Shown: positions 9,113 to 21,170 of the stretch, piece by piece
How the letters are laid out: each line of letters begins with the position of its first letter
How positions within the stretch are numbered: position 1 is the first letter of the stretch
Source: Pseudomonadota bacterium
Lineage (GTDB): Bacteria > Pseudomonadota > Gammaproteobacteria > Burkholderiales > JALYOK01
Direction of reading: 5' to 3'
Length of the DNA: 58,472 nt
Assembly (NCBI GenBank): GCA_031419835.1
Contig: JANOLP010000066.1
Span: 1 to 58,472 of the forward strand
The notes under the pieces: generated by a model
What the model was told of the DNA's origin: nothing
Databases searched by the model: none
Seen by the model: the letters and a program-made list of their open reading frames with translations, nothing else
Position numbers and translations under genes: made by a program

Positions 9113-10231
9113 GTGTCGGTGAAACGGGCTGCCGTTGTCGCCCATATTAGGCATTTGTGCTGCCTCGGCTTGGGCGCGGAAGCGATCATGCCGGCGTTGC
9201 TGAAGTCTTTGCACGACCTAGTCGATTCTGACTCGAACGCGTTTTTCTGGGTCGACCAATACGACGAAATCACCAATTTTTGCGCGGAGAAAATTCTTCC
9301 GACCGAGGTGATGCGCCTGTACTTTCGCGAATTTTACGATCGCCAAGTCGGCGGATTCCGCAGCAACATCAAACACGTAGCGCAGCTCGAGCACGGCATC
9401 AATCGCGCCAGCCGTGAGCCTAGTTTCTACCAAAGCGATTATTACAACTTAGTATGGCGCGAACATCTGAACGCTCATCACGCGATGTATGCGGTGATTC
9501 AAGAACAGCGTCGTCGTCTAGGCCAGCTTAGCTTGTATCGTACCAATAAGGACAAGGGATTTAGCAAGGCCGACGAAGAATTGCTTGCACAGGTTACCCA
9601 TTACCTCGCCCACGCGATTGCGGTGGGGCCCAAAACCAACGGCCATCGCAGCGAGTATTTCGATTCGAAACGTGTCGGCATGATCATTCTCAATGCCAAA
9701 GGCGAAACCCAACATTTGTCTGAAGAAGGTAAGCGTTTGTTGTTTCTCGCGAGTTATCCGACCATTTCGCGGCAAGCTTTGTTAATGACCGAGGGCGAAC
9801 TGGTGCCGGCGGCGCTGAGACAAATCGCGCAACATTTGCAGGATATTTTTAGCGGCAAGAATGCGCCGCCGCCGGTTTGGTATATCGAAAATTGCTGGGG
9901 GCGATTCGCGTTTCGGGCGTTTTGGCTTGATGCCGAACGCGGCACCGATCATGGACTCATCGGCGTTACCGTGCAGCAGCAAGAGTTGTTGCCGCTTAAG
10001 TTACTCAGCCAGCTAGAAACGCTCGGCCTCCCAGACAAACAAAAGCATGTGATATTGATGTTGGCGGATGGTGCGTCCTACAGCGATATCGCGATGCAAA
10101 TGAATATTTCGCGGAATACGGCAAACTATCACGTTAGGCAAATTTACGATCGACTTCAAGTTCACAGCCGCAACGATTTACTCAGCAAGGTGTTGATCGG
10201 CTCATCCCATCACGCGTTCGGCGCCGATTAA
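9113..10231 (+). CDS. LuxR-family HTH transcriptional regulator with N-terminal GAF/PAS-like sensory region
   Basis: C-terminal L..KQ.HV..MLADGASYSDIA.QMNISRNTANYHVRQIYDRLQVHSR. Confidence 0.85.
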   Translation: MSVKRAAVVAHIRHLCCLGLGAEAIMPALLKSLHDLVDSDSNAFFWVDQYDEITNFCAEKILPTEVMRLYFREFYDRQVGGFRSNIKHVAQLEHGINRASREPSFYQSDYYNLVWREHLNAHHAMYAVIQEQRRRLGQLSLYRTNKDKGFSKADEELLAQVTHYLAHAIAVGPKTNGHRSEYFDSKRVGMIILNAKGETQHLSEEGKRLLFLASYPTISRQALLMTEGELVPAALRQIAQHLQDIFSGKNAPPPVWYIENCWGRFAFRAFWLDAERGTDHGLIGVTVQQQELLPLKLLSQLETLGLPDKQKHVILMLADGASYSDIAMQMNISRNTANYHVRQIYDRLQVHSRNDLLSKVLIGSSHHAFGAD

Positions 10232-10974
10232 GCTGGCGATTCCAAATCTTCGGTGGGCTTTCGCTTGTTCATCATACTGGCGAGCACAATGCCGACTTCG
10301 TACAAAATCCAGATCGGTACCGCCAACATGAATTGGGAAACGATATCCGGCGGCGTAAACACCGCGCCGATGATAAAAGCACCGACTATAACGTAGGGGC
10401 GAATCTCGCGCAGTTTTTCCACACTGACGATGCCCATGCGCACCAGGATGATGACGGCAATGGGCGTTTCGAATGTGACGCCGAAAGCCATGAACAGCGA
10501 CATGACGAAGCTCAAGTAACTATTGATGTCAGTCATCATCGCAACACCTTCCGGCGTATAGGCGACGACAAACTTGAACACCATGGGAAAGACGGCGAAA
10601 TAAGCGAACGCCATGCCGACAAAAAATAACAACGTACTGGTGACGATCAACGGCATGGCGAGCTTTTTTTCGTGTTGATACAAGCCCGGCGCAACGAACG
10701 CCCAAACTTGGTAAAGCACGACGGGTAAGGCAAATAGAAATGCCACCATCATCGCGACTTTCAGCGGCACGAAGAACGCGCCGGTGACGTCGGTTGCGAT
10801 CATTTGCGATCCCGCGGGCAGCTTCGCCAGCAGCGGCTTCGCGAGCAGCGTATAAAGATCGCGTGCGAAAAAGAAACACGGCAAAAACGCGATGCCGATC
10901 GCTATCGCAGCCCGCAGCACGCGATCGCGCAGCTCGATTAAATGCGAAATAAAGGTTTCTTGTGGCTCGCTCAT
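10228..10974 (-). CDS. tatC: Twin-arginine translocase subunit TatC
   Basis: FISHLIELR.R, YQVWAFVAPGLY.HEK, TPPDIVSQ. Confidence 0.98.
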   Translation of the reverse strand: MSEPQETFISHLIELRDRVLRAAIAIGIAFLPCFFFARDLYTLLAKPLLAKLPAGSQMIATDVTGAFFVPLKVAMMVAFLFALPVVLYQVWAFVAPGLYQHEKKLAMPLIVTSTLLFFVGMAFAYFAVFPMVFKFVVAYTPEGVAMMTDINSYLSFVMSLFMAFGVTFETPIAVIILVRMGIVSVEKLREIRPYVIVGAFIIGAVFTPPDIVSQFMLAVPIWILYEVGIVLASMMNKRKPTEDLESPA

Positions 10975-10989
10975 ATTGGGGCGAGGCGC

Positions 10990-11505
10990 TTAAGCATTAC
11001 CGGAAGCAGTTTGAGCCGGTACGCTGTCCTTGGTGGGTTCGGGCGAATCTAGTTGAAGTTCAAGCTGCGGTGCGGGCTCCGCCGCGGGTTCGGGCGGCGT
11101 GGGCACTGTAACGGAAATCTGGTTCGCGGGATGATCGGACGCGGCGGTAGCAATGCTAGCCTGACCTAGTGCGTTAAGCCCGCCAACACCCTTGGCCATA
11201 TTTGCGCCAACCGTATTCGAAATCGAGTTCACTTCGCTTTGTGCGTCGGCCATGTTTTGGCGCATGCCCGCTTCGATTTCACTGCCGGCGCTCTCAACTT
11301 CCGAACGCAGATTTTTAAGGTCTTTAAGCTGCTCGAACTCGTCCATTTCTCGACTGATGTCGGCTTTCACGCCGGCAACATAGCGCTGCATGCGGCCCAT
11401 CAGGATGCCCGCAGTACGGGCAACCTTGGGCATGCGCTCAGGGCCGATCACCACCAGGGCGACGACGCCGATGACCATCAATTCGGAAAAGCCGATATCG
11501 AACAT
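10990..11505 (-). CDS. tatB: Twin-arginine translocase subunit TatB
   Basis: MFDIGFSEL...ALVVIGPERMP. Confidence 0.97.
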   Translation of the reverse strand: MFDIGFSELMVIGVVALVVIGPERMPKVARTAGILMGRMQRYVAGVKADISREMDEFEQLKDLKNLRSEVESAGSEIEAGMRQNMADAQSEVNSISNTVGANMAKGVGGLNALGQASIATAASDHPANQISVTVPTPPEPAAEPAPQLELQLDSPEPTKDSVPAQTASGNA

Positions 11506-11524
11506 TTCAGGCTCGCAGCGACAA

Positions 11525-11743
11525 TTAAGCCTTGCTGCGTTCCTTTACTTCGCCTTCGATCGTTTCTTTGGTGTTTTCAAGAACCCCGGCCGCCGCTTTG
11601 TCTTCATCGGTTTTCATGCCATCTTTAAAACCTTTTACCGCACCACCGAGATCGGTACCGATATTGCGCAGTTTCTTGGTGCCGAACACCATTAATACGA
11701 TCACCAAAACAATCAACCAATGCCAAATACTAAATGCACCCAT
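11525..11743 (-). CDS. tatA: Twin-arginine translocase subunit TatA
   Basis: [13 protein letters not shown]...[20 protein letters not shown]; AAGGAG RBS. Confidence 0.97.
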   Translation of the reverse strand: MGAFSIWHWLIVLVIVLMVFGTKKLRNIGTDLGGAVKGFKDGMKTDEDKAAAGVLENTKETIEGEVKERSKA

Positions 11744-11765
11744 CATTTTCTCCTTACTCTACAAA

Positions 11766-12134
11766 CTAAATTTTGTTAAGTGTTTCCGACATGCGCGGCG
11801 TTTTTACATCGCCGCCGGTTACGTGCATATGCAGATGAAACACCTCCTGGTGCCCACCGCGACCCGTATTGATAATGATGCGAAAGCCGTCGTCGAGTCC
11901 GTTGTCGCGCGCCAACTTCGGTGCCAGCAACATGATCTTGCCTAGCAACGCCTGATGGCGCGGTTCTGCGTGCGCCAATGAATCGAAATGCTCTTTGGGA
12001 ACGATCAAAAAATGCACCGGTGCGATCGGATTAATATCGTGAAACACCAGGACATCCTCGTCCTCGTAAGCCCTTTTGCTGGGAATTTTCCCATCGATAA
12101 TCTTGCAAAATAGACAGTCGTCTTTTTTGTTCAT
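11766..12134 (-). CDS. hinT: Histidine triad (HIT) nucleotide-binding protein
   Basis: CLFCKII, HQEVFHLHMHV. Confidence 0.95.
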   Translation of the reverse strand: MNKKDDCLFCKIIDGKIPSKRAYEDEDVLVFHDINPIAPVHFLIVPKEHFDSLAHAEPRHQALLGKIMLLAPKLARDNGLDDGFRIIINTGRGGHQEVFHLHMHVTGGDVKTPRMSETLNKI

Positions 12135-12135
12135 G

Positions 12136-12459
12136 TTATTTTACCCGAGCGGCTTTTTCGGCCAAACCCGAGGTTCCCTCGCGACGCTTTAATTCATTAA
12201 TCACATCAGCAGGCCGCAAACCGGCCTGAACCAGCATGATCATACTATGAAACCATAGATCCGCCGTCTCGCGAATCAAATGTTGCTTGTCGCCGCTCTT
12301 CGCGGCGAGGATGGTTTCGGTCGCTTCTTCGCCAATTTTTTTCAGCACCGCATCCGGACCCGCATGCAACAATTTCGCCACGTAGGAAGTCGACGGATCC
12401 GCTCCACGCCTGCTTTCCAGCGTGGTTGCTAACTCATCCAAGAACGACGTATCACTCAT
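12136..12459 (-). CDS. hisE: Phosphoribosyl-ATP pyrophosphatase
   Basis: [24 protein letters not shown]. Confidence 0.97.
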   Translation of the reverse strand: MSDTSFLDELATTLESRRGADPSTSYVAKLLHAGPDAVLKKIGEEATETILAAKSGDKQHLIRETADLWFHSMIMLVQAGLRPADVINELKRREGTSGLAEKAARVK

Positions 12460-12841
12460 GCTTATAAATTTTCGCTGGTTCTTTCAACACCGGTTCCACA
12501 GCTTTCCAATCGTTACCATCCAAGCGCTGAAAAAAACAACCATGCCTACCCGTATGACAAGCAATGCCGCCCTGTTGTTCAACGGTCAGCAATACGACAT
12601 CGTTGTCACAATCCAGGCGAATGTCCTTCACCTTTTGCCAATGACCGGATTCCTCGCCCTTGTGCCACAATTTGTTACGCGACCGTGACCAATAAACCGC
12701 GTTTCCTGTTTCTTGCGTCAAACGCAACGCATCGCGGTTCATCCACGCGAACATCAACACTTTGCCCGTGCCCACTTCTTGTGCGATCGCGGGAATGAGG
12801 CCTTCTGTTGTCCAGGCGACCTGGTCTAACCAGTTTTCCAT
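12452..12841 (-). CDS. hisI: Phosphoribosyl-AMP cyclohydrolase
   Basis: [29 protein letters not shown]; start placed at ATG 12841 because the longer ORF is repeat-derived. Confidence 0.95.
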   Translation of the reverse strand: MENWLDQVAWTTEGLIPAIAQEVGTGKVLMFAWMNRDALRLTQETGNAVYWSRSRNKLWHKGEESGHWQKVKDIRLDCDNDVVLLTVEQQGGIACHTGRHGCFFQRLDGNDWKAVEPVLKEPAKIYKHE

Positions 12842-12921
12842 TTTACGTTGCCCTAAAAGTGGATTTTTGGCGCGATATTCCGCAAAGAACGCGGGCCAAG
12901 TAAAGAAACCTGCGCGAGAAA

Positions 12922-13015
12922 CCCCTTCCCCTTCAAGGGGAAGGTTGGGATGGGGATGGGTTTGCAACAATCAAAACGAACCCATCCCCACCCTTCCCTC
13001 CCCTTGAAGGGGAGG
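12922..13015. repeat. Family 3 inverted repeat (translates as [11 protein letters not shown])
   Basis: CCCCTTCCCCTTCAAGGGGAAGGTTGGGATGGGG...CCCATCCCCACCCTTCCCTCCCCTTGAAGGGGAGG; related copy at 19371-19465. Confidence 0.85.
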
Positions 13016-13050
13016 AATGTCCCGCCAGTACTTAAGTAGTCCATCCGCGC

Positions 13051-13821
13051 TTAAATTCTCACTTCAATGCCACAACCCGCCATAAATTCCTTCGCCTGCC
13101 GCACGGTATATTCGCCGTAGTGAAAAATACTCGCGGCCAACACCGCATCTGCGCGGCCATGCAGCACGCCATCGGCCAAATGTTGCAAGTTACCAACACC
13201 GCCACTGGCGATGATCGGCACGTCCACCGCATCGGAAATTGCCCGCGTCAACGCCAAATCAAACCCTTGCTTGGTGCCGTCGCGATCCATGCTAGTCAAC
13301 AGCAATTCGCCCGCGCCTGCAGCCACCATTTGCTTCGCCCATTGTACCGCATCAAGGCCGGTCGGCCGCCGTCCGCCGTGGGTAAAAACCTCCCAGCGCG
13401 GCGTCGCGCCGAATTCCACTTGCTTGGAATCGATCGCGACGACAATGCACTGTGAACCGACCTTATTCGCCGCATCGGCGACAAGCTGCGGATTTTGTAC
13501 GGCGGCGGTGTTAATGCTGACTTTATCGGCGCCAGCGTTGAGCAGGCGGCGGACATCGTCAACACTACGCACACCGCCACCGACTGTGAGCGGAATAAAA
13601 ACCTGCGAAGCGACGGCTTCGATAATCGGCAGAATTAAGCCGCGTTGATCGGAGCTCGCGGTGATGTCCAAAAAAGTGAGTTCGTCGGCGCCTTCGCCGT
13701 CATAGCGCCGCGCGATCTCGACCGGATCGCCGGCATCGCGTAATTCGAGAAAATTAACGCCCTTCACGACGCGGCCGGCATTAACGTCCAGGCAAGGGAT
13801 AATGCGCTTAGCTAAACCCAT
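13051..13821 (-). CDS. hisF: Imidazole glycerol phosphate synthase cyclase subunit
   Basis: [26 protein letters not shown]. Confidence 0.98.
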   Translation of the reverse strand: MGLAKRIIPCLDVNAGRVVKGVNFLELRDAGDPVEIARRYDGEGADELTFLDITASSDQRGLILPIIEAVASQVFIPLTVGGGVRSVDDVRRLLNAGADKVSINTAAVQNPQLVADAANKVGSQCIVVAIDSKQVEFGATPRWEVFTHGGRRPTGLDAVQWAKQMVAAGAGELLLTSMDRDGTKQGFDLALTRAISDAVDVPIIASGGVGNLQHLADGVLHGRADAVLAASIFHYGEYTVRQAKEFMAGCGIEVRI

Positions 13822-13847
13822 GAAATATTAGTAAGAATACGGGAATA

Positions 13848-13924
13848 TGTTATTCGGAGCGAAGCGAAGAATCTGCTGTTGTACTTTACGGGAAAACAGA
13901 TTCTTCGCTTCGCTCCGAATGACA
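13848..13924. repeat. Family 4 inverted repeat (translates as RFFASLR.T)
   Basis: 28-bp near-perfect inverted arms TGTTATTCGGAGCGAAGCGAAGAATCTG / CAGATTCTTCGCTTCGCTCCGAATGACA. Confidence 0.9.
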
Positions 13925-13935
13925 ATAAATTGAAC

Positions 13936-14688
13936 TTAGATTTTCGTAGCCGGGCTAAGTTGATCTGCAAGCTTTTGCGCAGCGGCAAAATCCAGCGAGC
14001 CTTCATAGATTGCGCGGCCGGTAATCGCGCCGGTGATGCCTTCCGATTCCACCGCGCAAAGGGATTTAACGTCTTCGAGATTGGTAATGCCGCCGCTGGC
14101 GATCACCGGAACCGACAGCGCTTGAGCCAATTTCACCGTCGCATCGATATTGACACCGTTCATCATGCCGTCGCGGCCGATATCGGTATAAATCACCGCT
14201 TCTACGCCGTAATCCTGAAATCGCTTCGCCAAGTCGATCACATCATGGCCGGTGAGTTTTGACCAGCCATCCACCGCCACTTTGCCGTCTTTGGCATCCA
14301 AGCCGACCATAATGTGGCCGGGAAACGCATCGCAGGCTTCGTGCAAAAAGCCGGGATTTTTCACTGCCGCCGTACCGAGAATCACCCAGTGAATACCATC
14401 GTCGAGATAGGCTTCGATGGTCGCCATGTCGCGAATACCGCCGCCCAATTCCACCGGCACGTTGTCGTCAAGCGATTTAAGAATCGCCTTGATCGCCGCG
14501 TGGTTCTTGGGTTTGCCGGCCATCGCGCCATTCAGATCGACCAAATGCAGGCGCTTGGCACCGAGCGATTTCCACTTTTCGGCCATCGCGCCAGGATCTT
14601 CTGAAAACACCGTTGCGCTCGACATATCGCCCTGCTTCAAGCGCACGCAGTGGCCGTCTTTGAGATCAATTGCGGGGATGATAATCAT
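13936..14688 (-). CDS. hisA: ProFAR isomerase
   Basis: [24 protein letters not shown]. Confidence 0.98.
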   Translation of the reverse strand: MIIIPAIDLKDGHCVRLKQGDMSSATVFSEDPGAMAEKWKSLGAKRLHLVDLNGAMAGKPKNHAAIKAILKSLDDNVPVELGGGIRDMATIEAYLDDGIHWVILGTAAVKNPGFLHEACDAFPGHIMVGLDAKDGKVAVDGWSKLTGHDVIDLAKRFQDYGVEAVIYTDIGRDGMMNGVNIDATVKLAQALSVPVIASGGITNLEDVKSLCAVESEGITGAITGRAIYEGSLDFAAAQKLADQLSPATKI

Positions 14689-14707
14689 GTTCTGTCTTGA
14701 ATCACGT

Positions 14708-15346
14708 TTAGGGTTGCCAATTTACAAAATTCGCTAACAATTTTAGACCAGCGGTCTGGCTCTTTTCGGGGTGAAACTGAACTGCAAAAAGATTGTTCTG
14801 TTCGACGGCGCAGGTAAATTCCTTCGGATATTTACTTGAACCGGCAATGTGGTTTTCATTTTTCGCCATTGCATAATAACTATGGACGAAATAAAACCGC
14901 GCGCCATCGTCAATACCGTCCCACAGCGCATGGGCATGGCGTTGCCAAACCTGATTCCAACCCATATGCGGCACTTTTAGCTTCTGGCCGACGTCATCGA
15001 CCATATCGCTGGCGGAAAAGCGAATAACGTTGCCCGGCAAAATGCCCAAACCCGGCACGTCGCCTTCGTCCGAACGATCGAACAGCATTTGCAAACCGAT
15101 GCATAAGCCTAGAAAAGGTTTGTTCTTCGCAGCTTGCAGCAGTGCCGGCCGCAGTCCGCGCGCGTCTAATTCGCGCATGCAATCGGGCATCGCGCCTTGG
15201 CCGGGGAATACCACGCGATCCGCTTCCGCAACAACTTTGGGATCGTTGGTCACGCGAATTTGCGCGCTCGGCGCTGCGCGTTCCAGCGCTTTCGCAACCG
15301 AATGCAAGTTACCCATACCGTAATCGATCACCGCAACGTTACTCAT
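14708..15346 (-). CDS. hisH: Imidazole glycerol phosphate synthase glutaminase subunit
   Basis: [24 protein letters not shown]. Confidence 0.98.
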   Translation of the reverse strand: MSNVAVIDYGMGNLHSVAKALERAAPSAQIRVTNDPKVVAEADRVVFPGQGAMPDCMRELDARGLRPALLQAAKNKPFLGLCIGLQMLFDRSDEGDVPGLGILPGNVIRFSASDMVDDVGQKLKVPHMGWNQVWQRHAHALWDGIDDGARFYFVHSYYAMAKNENHIAGSSKYPKEFTCAVEQNNLFAVQFHPEKSQTAGLKLLANFVNWQP

Positions 15347-15379
15347 AAAACGTCAATGCTATAACGAACCTCTATCAAT

Positions 15380-15460
15380 TGTCATTCTGAGGCCGATAGG
15401 CCGAAGAATCTGCTTTTGTTCGCACCGAAAAACAGATTCTTCGCGGTGCTCCGAATGACA
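15380..15460. repeat. Family 4 inverted repeat, second copy
   Basis: TGTCATTCTGAG...CGAAGAATCTG / CAGATTCTTCG...CTCCGAATGACA. Confidence 0.85.
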
Positions 15461-15484
15461 GGCTTCTGATTTTTTGGAAGCCAC

Positions 15485-16072
15485 CTATAACGTGCCTTTT
15501 GTAGAAGGAATAATCTCGCCGGCGCGCGGATCAACCTCGGACGCCATCCGCAAAGCCCGGGCAAAGGCTTTGAATATGGTTTCGATCTGATGGTGAGCGT
15601 TTACTCCGCGCAAGTTGTCGATGTGCAATGACACTAGCGCGTGATTGACGAACCCCTGGAAAAACTCATGGGCCAAATCGACATCGAACTCGCCGACGCG
15701 CGCGCGGGTATAGTTCACGTGATATTCCAATCCGGGTCGGCCGGATAAGTCCAATACAACGCGCGACAGCGCTTCGTCGAGCGGCACATAAGCATGCCCG
15801 TATCGGCGCAGCCCCTTTTTGTCGCCCGCTGCCTTAGCAAAGGCCTGACCCAGCGTGATGCCGATGTCCTCAACGGTGTGGTGCGCGTCGATATGCAAAT
15901 CGCCCTTGGCTTCCACCACCAAATCGAACATGCCGTGGCGCGCGATCTGATCGAGCATATGATCGAGAAACGGCACGCCGCTGGCAAGTTTGGCCGTGCC
16001 GGTACCGTCAAGATTAATGCTGACGGAAATTTGCGTTTCCAAGGTATTGCGTGAGACCTGAGCAGATCGCAT
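15485..16072 (-). CDS. hisB: Imidazoleglycerol-phosphate dehydratase
   Basis: [23 protein letters not shown]. Confidence 0.98.
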   Translation of the reverse strand: MRSAQVSRNTLETQISVSINLDGTGTAKLASGVPFLDHMLDQIARHGMFDLVVEAKGDLHIDAHHTVEDIGITLGQAFAKAAGDKKGLRRYGHAYVPLDEALSRVVLDLSGRPGLEYHVNYTRARVGEFDVDLAHEFFQGFVNHALVSLHIDNLRGVNAHHQIETIFKAFARALRMASEVDPRAGEIIPSTKGTL

Positions 16073-16244
16073 GTACGACTTTTTGGGAAATGAAAGGGAT
16101 TTTACCGCGGGTGAGTTAGCTGACGGTGTGTTGGGAAAACCATACAGTGAGGCAATCGCTCATTAAGCGTTTGATTTCTTCAGACTATCCGACCGTGGCG
16201 CAAACAATGGATTCGTGAGGGAATTGCTATGTGATTTTGCAAGC

Positions 16245-16272
16245 AATATACCACGTTGTTGTGACACGTCAA
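16245..16272 (-). promoter_or_regulatory. Putative internal sigma70 promoter upstream of hisB
   Basis: Minus strand TTGACG-N16-TATATT with extended -10 TG, in the 200-bp hisC-hisB gap. Confidence 0.5.
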
Positions 16273-17346
16273 TCACTTCGGCCCGGGGGCCGTAATCGTT
16301 TTTAGCGATTCGGCCAGTTTGTCACATTCCGCATCGGTGCCAATGCTAATACGCAGGAACGACACAATCCGTTCCGGCTTCTTAAAATTGCGCACAATGA
16401 TGTTGCGTTCGCGCAACTTTGCCGCGAGGTCGGGTCCCGAAAAATTCGGGTGCCGCGCGAAAATAAAATTAGCGCCGGACGGCAACACTTCAAAACTCAT
16501 CCCTTTCAGCGCGGATACAAGCTGGGCGCGGCTCTCGATGACTTTCGCACAACTTGCTTTAAGCCACTCGTGATCTTCCATCGCTGCCGCCGCGCCCGTT
16601 TGGGCGAAACGATCGAGCGGATAGGAATTGAAGCTGTCTTTTACGCGGTTTATCGCTTCGATCAGCGGCGCTTGGCCCACGGCGTAACCCACTCGCAGTC
16701 CGGCCAATGCACGGGATTTGGATAACGTATGGGTGACCAAAAGCTGCGGATAATTTTTGATTACTCCGACGCAAGATTCGCCACCGAAATCGATATAGGC
16801 TTCGTCGACGACCACCACTGAATCGCGATTGGCTTTGAGCAGGCGTTCGATCTCGCTGACCGGCAACAATCGTCCGGTTGGCGCATTCGGGTTGGCAAAA
16901 ATGATGCCGCCATTTTTTTGCAAATAATCATCGGCGCGAATTTCGAATGATTCCGTCAACGGAATTTCGCGATAGTCGATGCCGTACAAGCGACAATACA
17001 CCGGATAAAAACTGTAGGTGATGTCGGGAAATAGTAGCGGCGCATCGTGTTTTAGCAAGGCCAAAAACGTGTGTGCCAGCACCTCGTCGGAACCATTGCC
17101 GACAAAAACTTGATCCGCCGACACGCCATGAAAATCAGCAATCGCGCGCTTGAGTTTGTCGCTGTTCGGATCGGGATAAAGGCGTAAGTTGTCGCCGATT
17201 TCTGCTTGAAGCGCCGCGAGCACCTTGGGGCTCGGCCCGTAGGGATTTTCGTTGGTGTTGAGCTTGATTAAGTTGGCGACCTTCGGCTGCTCGCCCGGTA
17301 CGTAGGGCGTCAAACCGCGAACGACATTGCTCCAGTATTGGCTCAC
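16273..17346 (-). CDS. hisC: Histidinol-phosphate aminotransferase
   Basis: [34 protein letters not shown]. Confidence 0.97.
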   Translation of the reverse strand: MSQYWSNVVRGLTPYVPGEQPKVANLIKLNTNENPYGPSPKVLAALQAEIGDNLRLYPDPNSDKLKRAIADFHGVSADQVFVGNGSDEVLAHTFLALLKHDAPLLFPDITYSFYPVYCRLYGIDYREIPLTESFEIRADDYLQKNGGIIFANPNAPTGRLLPVSEIERLLKANRDSVVVVDEAYIDFGGESCVGVIKNYPQLLVTHTLSKSRALAGLRVGYAVGQAPLIEAINRVKDSFNSYPLDRFAQTGAAAAMEDHEWLKASCAKVIESRAQLVSALKGMSFEVLPSGANFIFARHPNFSGPDLAAKLRERNIIVRNFKKPERIVSFLRISIGTDAECDKLAESLKTITAPGPK

Positions 17347-18644
17347 GACTTAAAACGCATTTCCGCCGCGCACGCGTGGGCCGGCAAGCCTTCGCCGTTC
17401 GCGAGAATCGACGCGATATTGCCCAAGGTTTTCGCGCCCGCTTGCGACACGTGGATGATGCTTGTGCGCTTCTGAAAATCGTACACGCCGAGCGGCGAAG
17501 AAAAGCGCGCGCTGCGCGAGGTCGGCAACACGTGATTCGGCCCGGCGCAATAATCGCCCAGTGATTCCGAACTAAAGCGGCCCATGAAAATCGCACCAGC
17601 GTGTTTGATTTTCGCGGTCCACTGTTCGGGATTTTCCACCGACAATTCCAAATGTTCCGGCGCGATTTCATTGGCGATGGCGCAGGCTTCGTCCAGATCG
17701 CGCACTTGAATCAACGCGCCGCGATGGGCTAACGACGCGGCGATGACCGCTTTGCGCGGCATGTTCTGAATTAACTTCTCGATATTTTGCGCAACGCGTT
17801 CGATGAATTGCGCATCGGGGCAAAGTAAAATCGCCTGGGCGATTTCGTCATGCTCCGCTTGCGAAAATAAATCCATCGCGATCCAATCGGGATCGGTTTT
17901 GCCGTCGCAAATGACCAGAATTTCCGACGGCCCCGCGACCATGTCGATGCCGACCACGCCGAAGACTCGGCGCTTAGCGGCTGCGACGTAAGCGTTGCCC
18001 GGCCCGCAAATTTTATCGACTTGTGCAATCGTTTGCGTGCCGTAAGCCAACGCCGCGACGGCTTGCGCGCCGCCGATGGTGAACACGTGATCGACGCCGC
18101 CGATCGCGGCAGCAGCGAGCACTAACGCATTGCGTTCGCCGTTCGGCGTCGGCGTGGTGAGAATCAATTCGCCTACACCTGCGACTTTTGCGGGAATAAC
18201 ATTCATCAATACCGACGATGGATACGCCGCCTTGCCGCCGGGCACGTAAAGCCCAACGCGATCGAGCGCCGTGACTTGCTGGCCGAGCACCGTGCCGTCC
18301 GCTTCGGTAAATTGCCACGAGCTTATTTTTTGTTTTTCGTGGTAGGCGCGAATACGCGCTGCGGCGGTTTCCAGTGCTTCGCGTTGAGCCGTAGGAATTG
18401 ATGCTAGTGCGCCGTTGAGATCGCTCGGAGATAGCTGTAGATCAGCCATGGATGCGGCTCTCAGGCCATCGAATTGCGCAGTGTAATCAATCACGGCGGC
18501 ATCGCCGCGCTGTTTAACGTCATTACAAATTGCCGCGACGGTGGAGTCGATCGATTCGTCTTGCGCGCCCTCAAATGCCGTTAATTGCGCGAGTTGTGCC
18601 TTGAAATTTTTGTCCGCGCTGCTGAGGCGTTTAATCGAAACCAC
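17343..18644 (-). CDS. hisD: Histidinol dehydrogenase
   Basis: [35 protein letters not shown]; GTG start just after the hisG stop. Confidence 0.97.
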   Translation of the reverse strand: MVSIKRLSSADKNFKAQLAQLTAFEGAQDESIDSTVAAICNDVKQRGDAAVIDYTAQFDGLRAASMADLQLSPSDLNGALASIPTAQREALETAAARIRAYHEKQKISSWQFTEADGTVLGQQVTALDRVGLYVPGGKAAYPSSVLMNVIPAKVAGVGELILTTPTPNGERNALVLAAAAIGGVDHVFTIGGAQAVAALAYGTQTIAQVDKICGPGNAYVAAAKRRVFGVVGIDMVAGPSEILVICDGKTDPDWIAMDLFSQAEHDEIAQAILLCPDAQFIERVAQNIEKLIQNMPRKAVIAASLAHRGALIQVRDLDEACAIANEIAPEHLELSVENPEQWTAKIKHAGAIFMGRFSSESLGDYCAGPNHVLPTSRSARFSSPLGVYDFQKRTSIIHVSQAGAKTLGNIASILANGEGLPAHACAAEMRFKS

Positions 18645-18645
18645 G

Positions 18646-19335
18646 TTACACCACCGCCTTGGCAAACGCGTCGACGATCGGCTGCAACAAGCTGCGCTTT
18701 AACTTCAGCGCGGCGCGATTGACGATCAGGCGCGAGCTGATCGGCATGATCTCTTCGACCGCAACGAGGTTGTTCGCTTTCAGCGTGCTGCCCGTGCTAA
18801 CGAGATCGACGATGGCATCGGCGAGTCCGACCAGCGGCCCGAGTTCCATCGAGCCGTAGAGTTTAATGAGATCGACATGCATGCCCTTGGCGGCGAAGTG
18901 CTCGCGCGCCACGTCCATATATTTCGTCACGACTTTGAGCCGCGCGCCGCGGCGCACGACGCCGGCGTAATCGAATCCTGCGCGAGTTGCGACCATCATT
19001 TTGCAGCGCGCGATGTTTAAATCCAGCGGCTCGTAAATGCCCGCGCCGCCGTGCTCGAGTAACACATCTTTACCGGCGATGCCCAGATCCGCCGCGCCAT
19101 ATTGCACGTAGGTCGGCACGTCGCTGGCGCGCACGATAATCAACCGCACATCGGCGCGGCCGGTGCCGATGATGAGCTTGCGCGATTGCTCGGGATCTTC
19201 GTCGGCCTGGATGCCGGCCGCCGCTAGAAGCGGGACGGTTTCGTCGAAGATACGTCCCTTGGAAAGTGCAATGGTGACGCCGGCAAAGCCGCTTGCGGAA
19301 GGTGCCGACGTAATAGTATGTGTTTCAGATTTCAT
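18646..19335 (-). CDS. hisG: ATP phosphoribosyltransferase, short form (HisZ-dependent)
   Basis: [31 protein letters not shown]; no C-terminal ACT domain. Confidence 0.97.
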   Translation of the reverse strand: MKSETHTITSAPSASGFAGVTIALSKGRIFDETVPLLAAAGIQADEDPEQSRKLIIGTGRADVRLIIVRASDVPTYVQYGAADLGIAGKDVLLEHGGAGIYEPLDLNIARCKMMVATRAGFDYAGVVRRGARLKVVTKYMDVAREHFAAKGMHVDLIKLYGSMELGPLVGLADAIVDLVSTGSTLKANNLVAVEEIMPISSRLIVNRAALKLKRSLLQPIVDAFAKAVV

Positions 19336-19370
19336 AAAGGCCTACTCCGCAAGCACCCCAACCACGCTAA

Positions 19371-19465
19371 CCCCTTCCCTTGCGAAGCGGGGGAAGGTTG
19401 GGATGGGGCATGGGGTAAAACAGGGGCCTTGCCCCCACCCTAGCCCCCTCTTCGAAGGGGAGGGG
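19371..19465. repeat. Family 3 inverted repeat, second copy
   Basis: CCCCTTCCC...GGGGAAGGTTGGGATGGGG...CCCCCACCCTAGCCCCCTC...GGGGAGGGG. Confidence 0.8.
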
Positions 19466-19559
19466 ATTGACATGCGGCATATGAATCGGCGGCAGCATTG
19501 GTCGAACATCATTGAGTCACCCGGCAATCGCCGGGCGTTCACCAGCGTAAATTAATAAC

Positions 19560-20816
<1,257 letters not shown>

Positions 20817-21056
20817 TTACTTTTGTGCCGCCCATTGTTCCGGCGTTAACGTTTGCATCGACAGCGCATGAATTTCTTCGCGCATGCGATCGCCAAGCGC
20901 TTTGTAGACAATTTGATGCTGCTGAACTTTATTCTTGCCGGCAAACGCGGCGCTGACGATCACCGCTTCGAAATGGGCGCCGTCGCCGGTAACGTCGACG
21001 TGTTCGCAGCTAAGTCCATCGGCAATATAATTTTTAACCTGTTCGGGTGAAACCAT
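20817..21056 (-). CDS. ibaG: BolA-family protein IbaG
   Basis: GDGAHF, QHQIVY, IHALS; directly upstream of murA. Confidence 0.9.
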   Translation of the reverse strand: MVSPEQVKNYIADGLSCEHVDVTGDGAHFEAVIVSAAFAGKNKVQQHQIVYKALGDRMREEIHALSMQTLTPEQWAAQK

Positions 21057-21087
21057 AGTGAAACCTCAAGCGTGTTGAATATGAAAA

Positions 21088-21170
21088 GGCATCGTGCCAG
21101 AAGCCGCGTGGATACTACTTCATGGCAATGCATGCCTGGAGAGCCGCTCTGATATTGCCTCTACAGGTAT
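21088..21170. repeat. Family 1 repeat, two tandem hairpin units
   Basis: GCCAGAAGCCGCGTGGATACTACTTCATGGC then GCCTGGAGAGCCGCTCTGATATTGCCTCTACAGG. Confidence 0.7.

Noticed and set aside
12842-12970. 43-aa N-terminal extension of HisI in the ORF track
   Set aside because: It begins in the family 3 repeat ([11 protein letters not shown]); the HisI-like sequence starts at ATG 12841.
19342-19542. 66-aa ORF between murA and hisG as a possible his leader peptide
   Set aside because: No His codon run, and it is largely the family 3 repeat.
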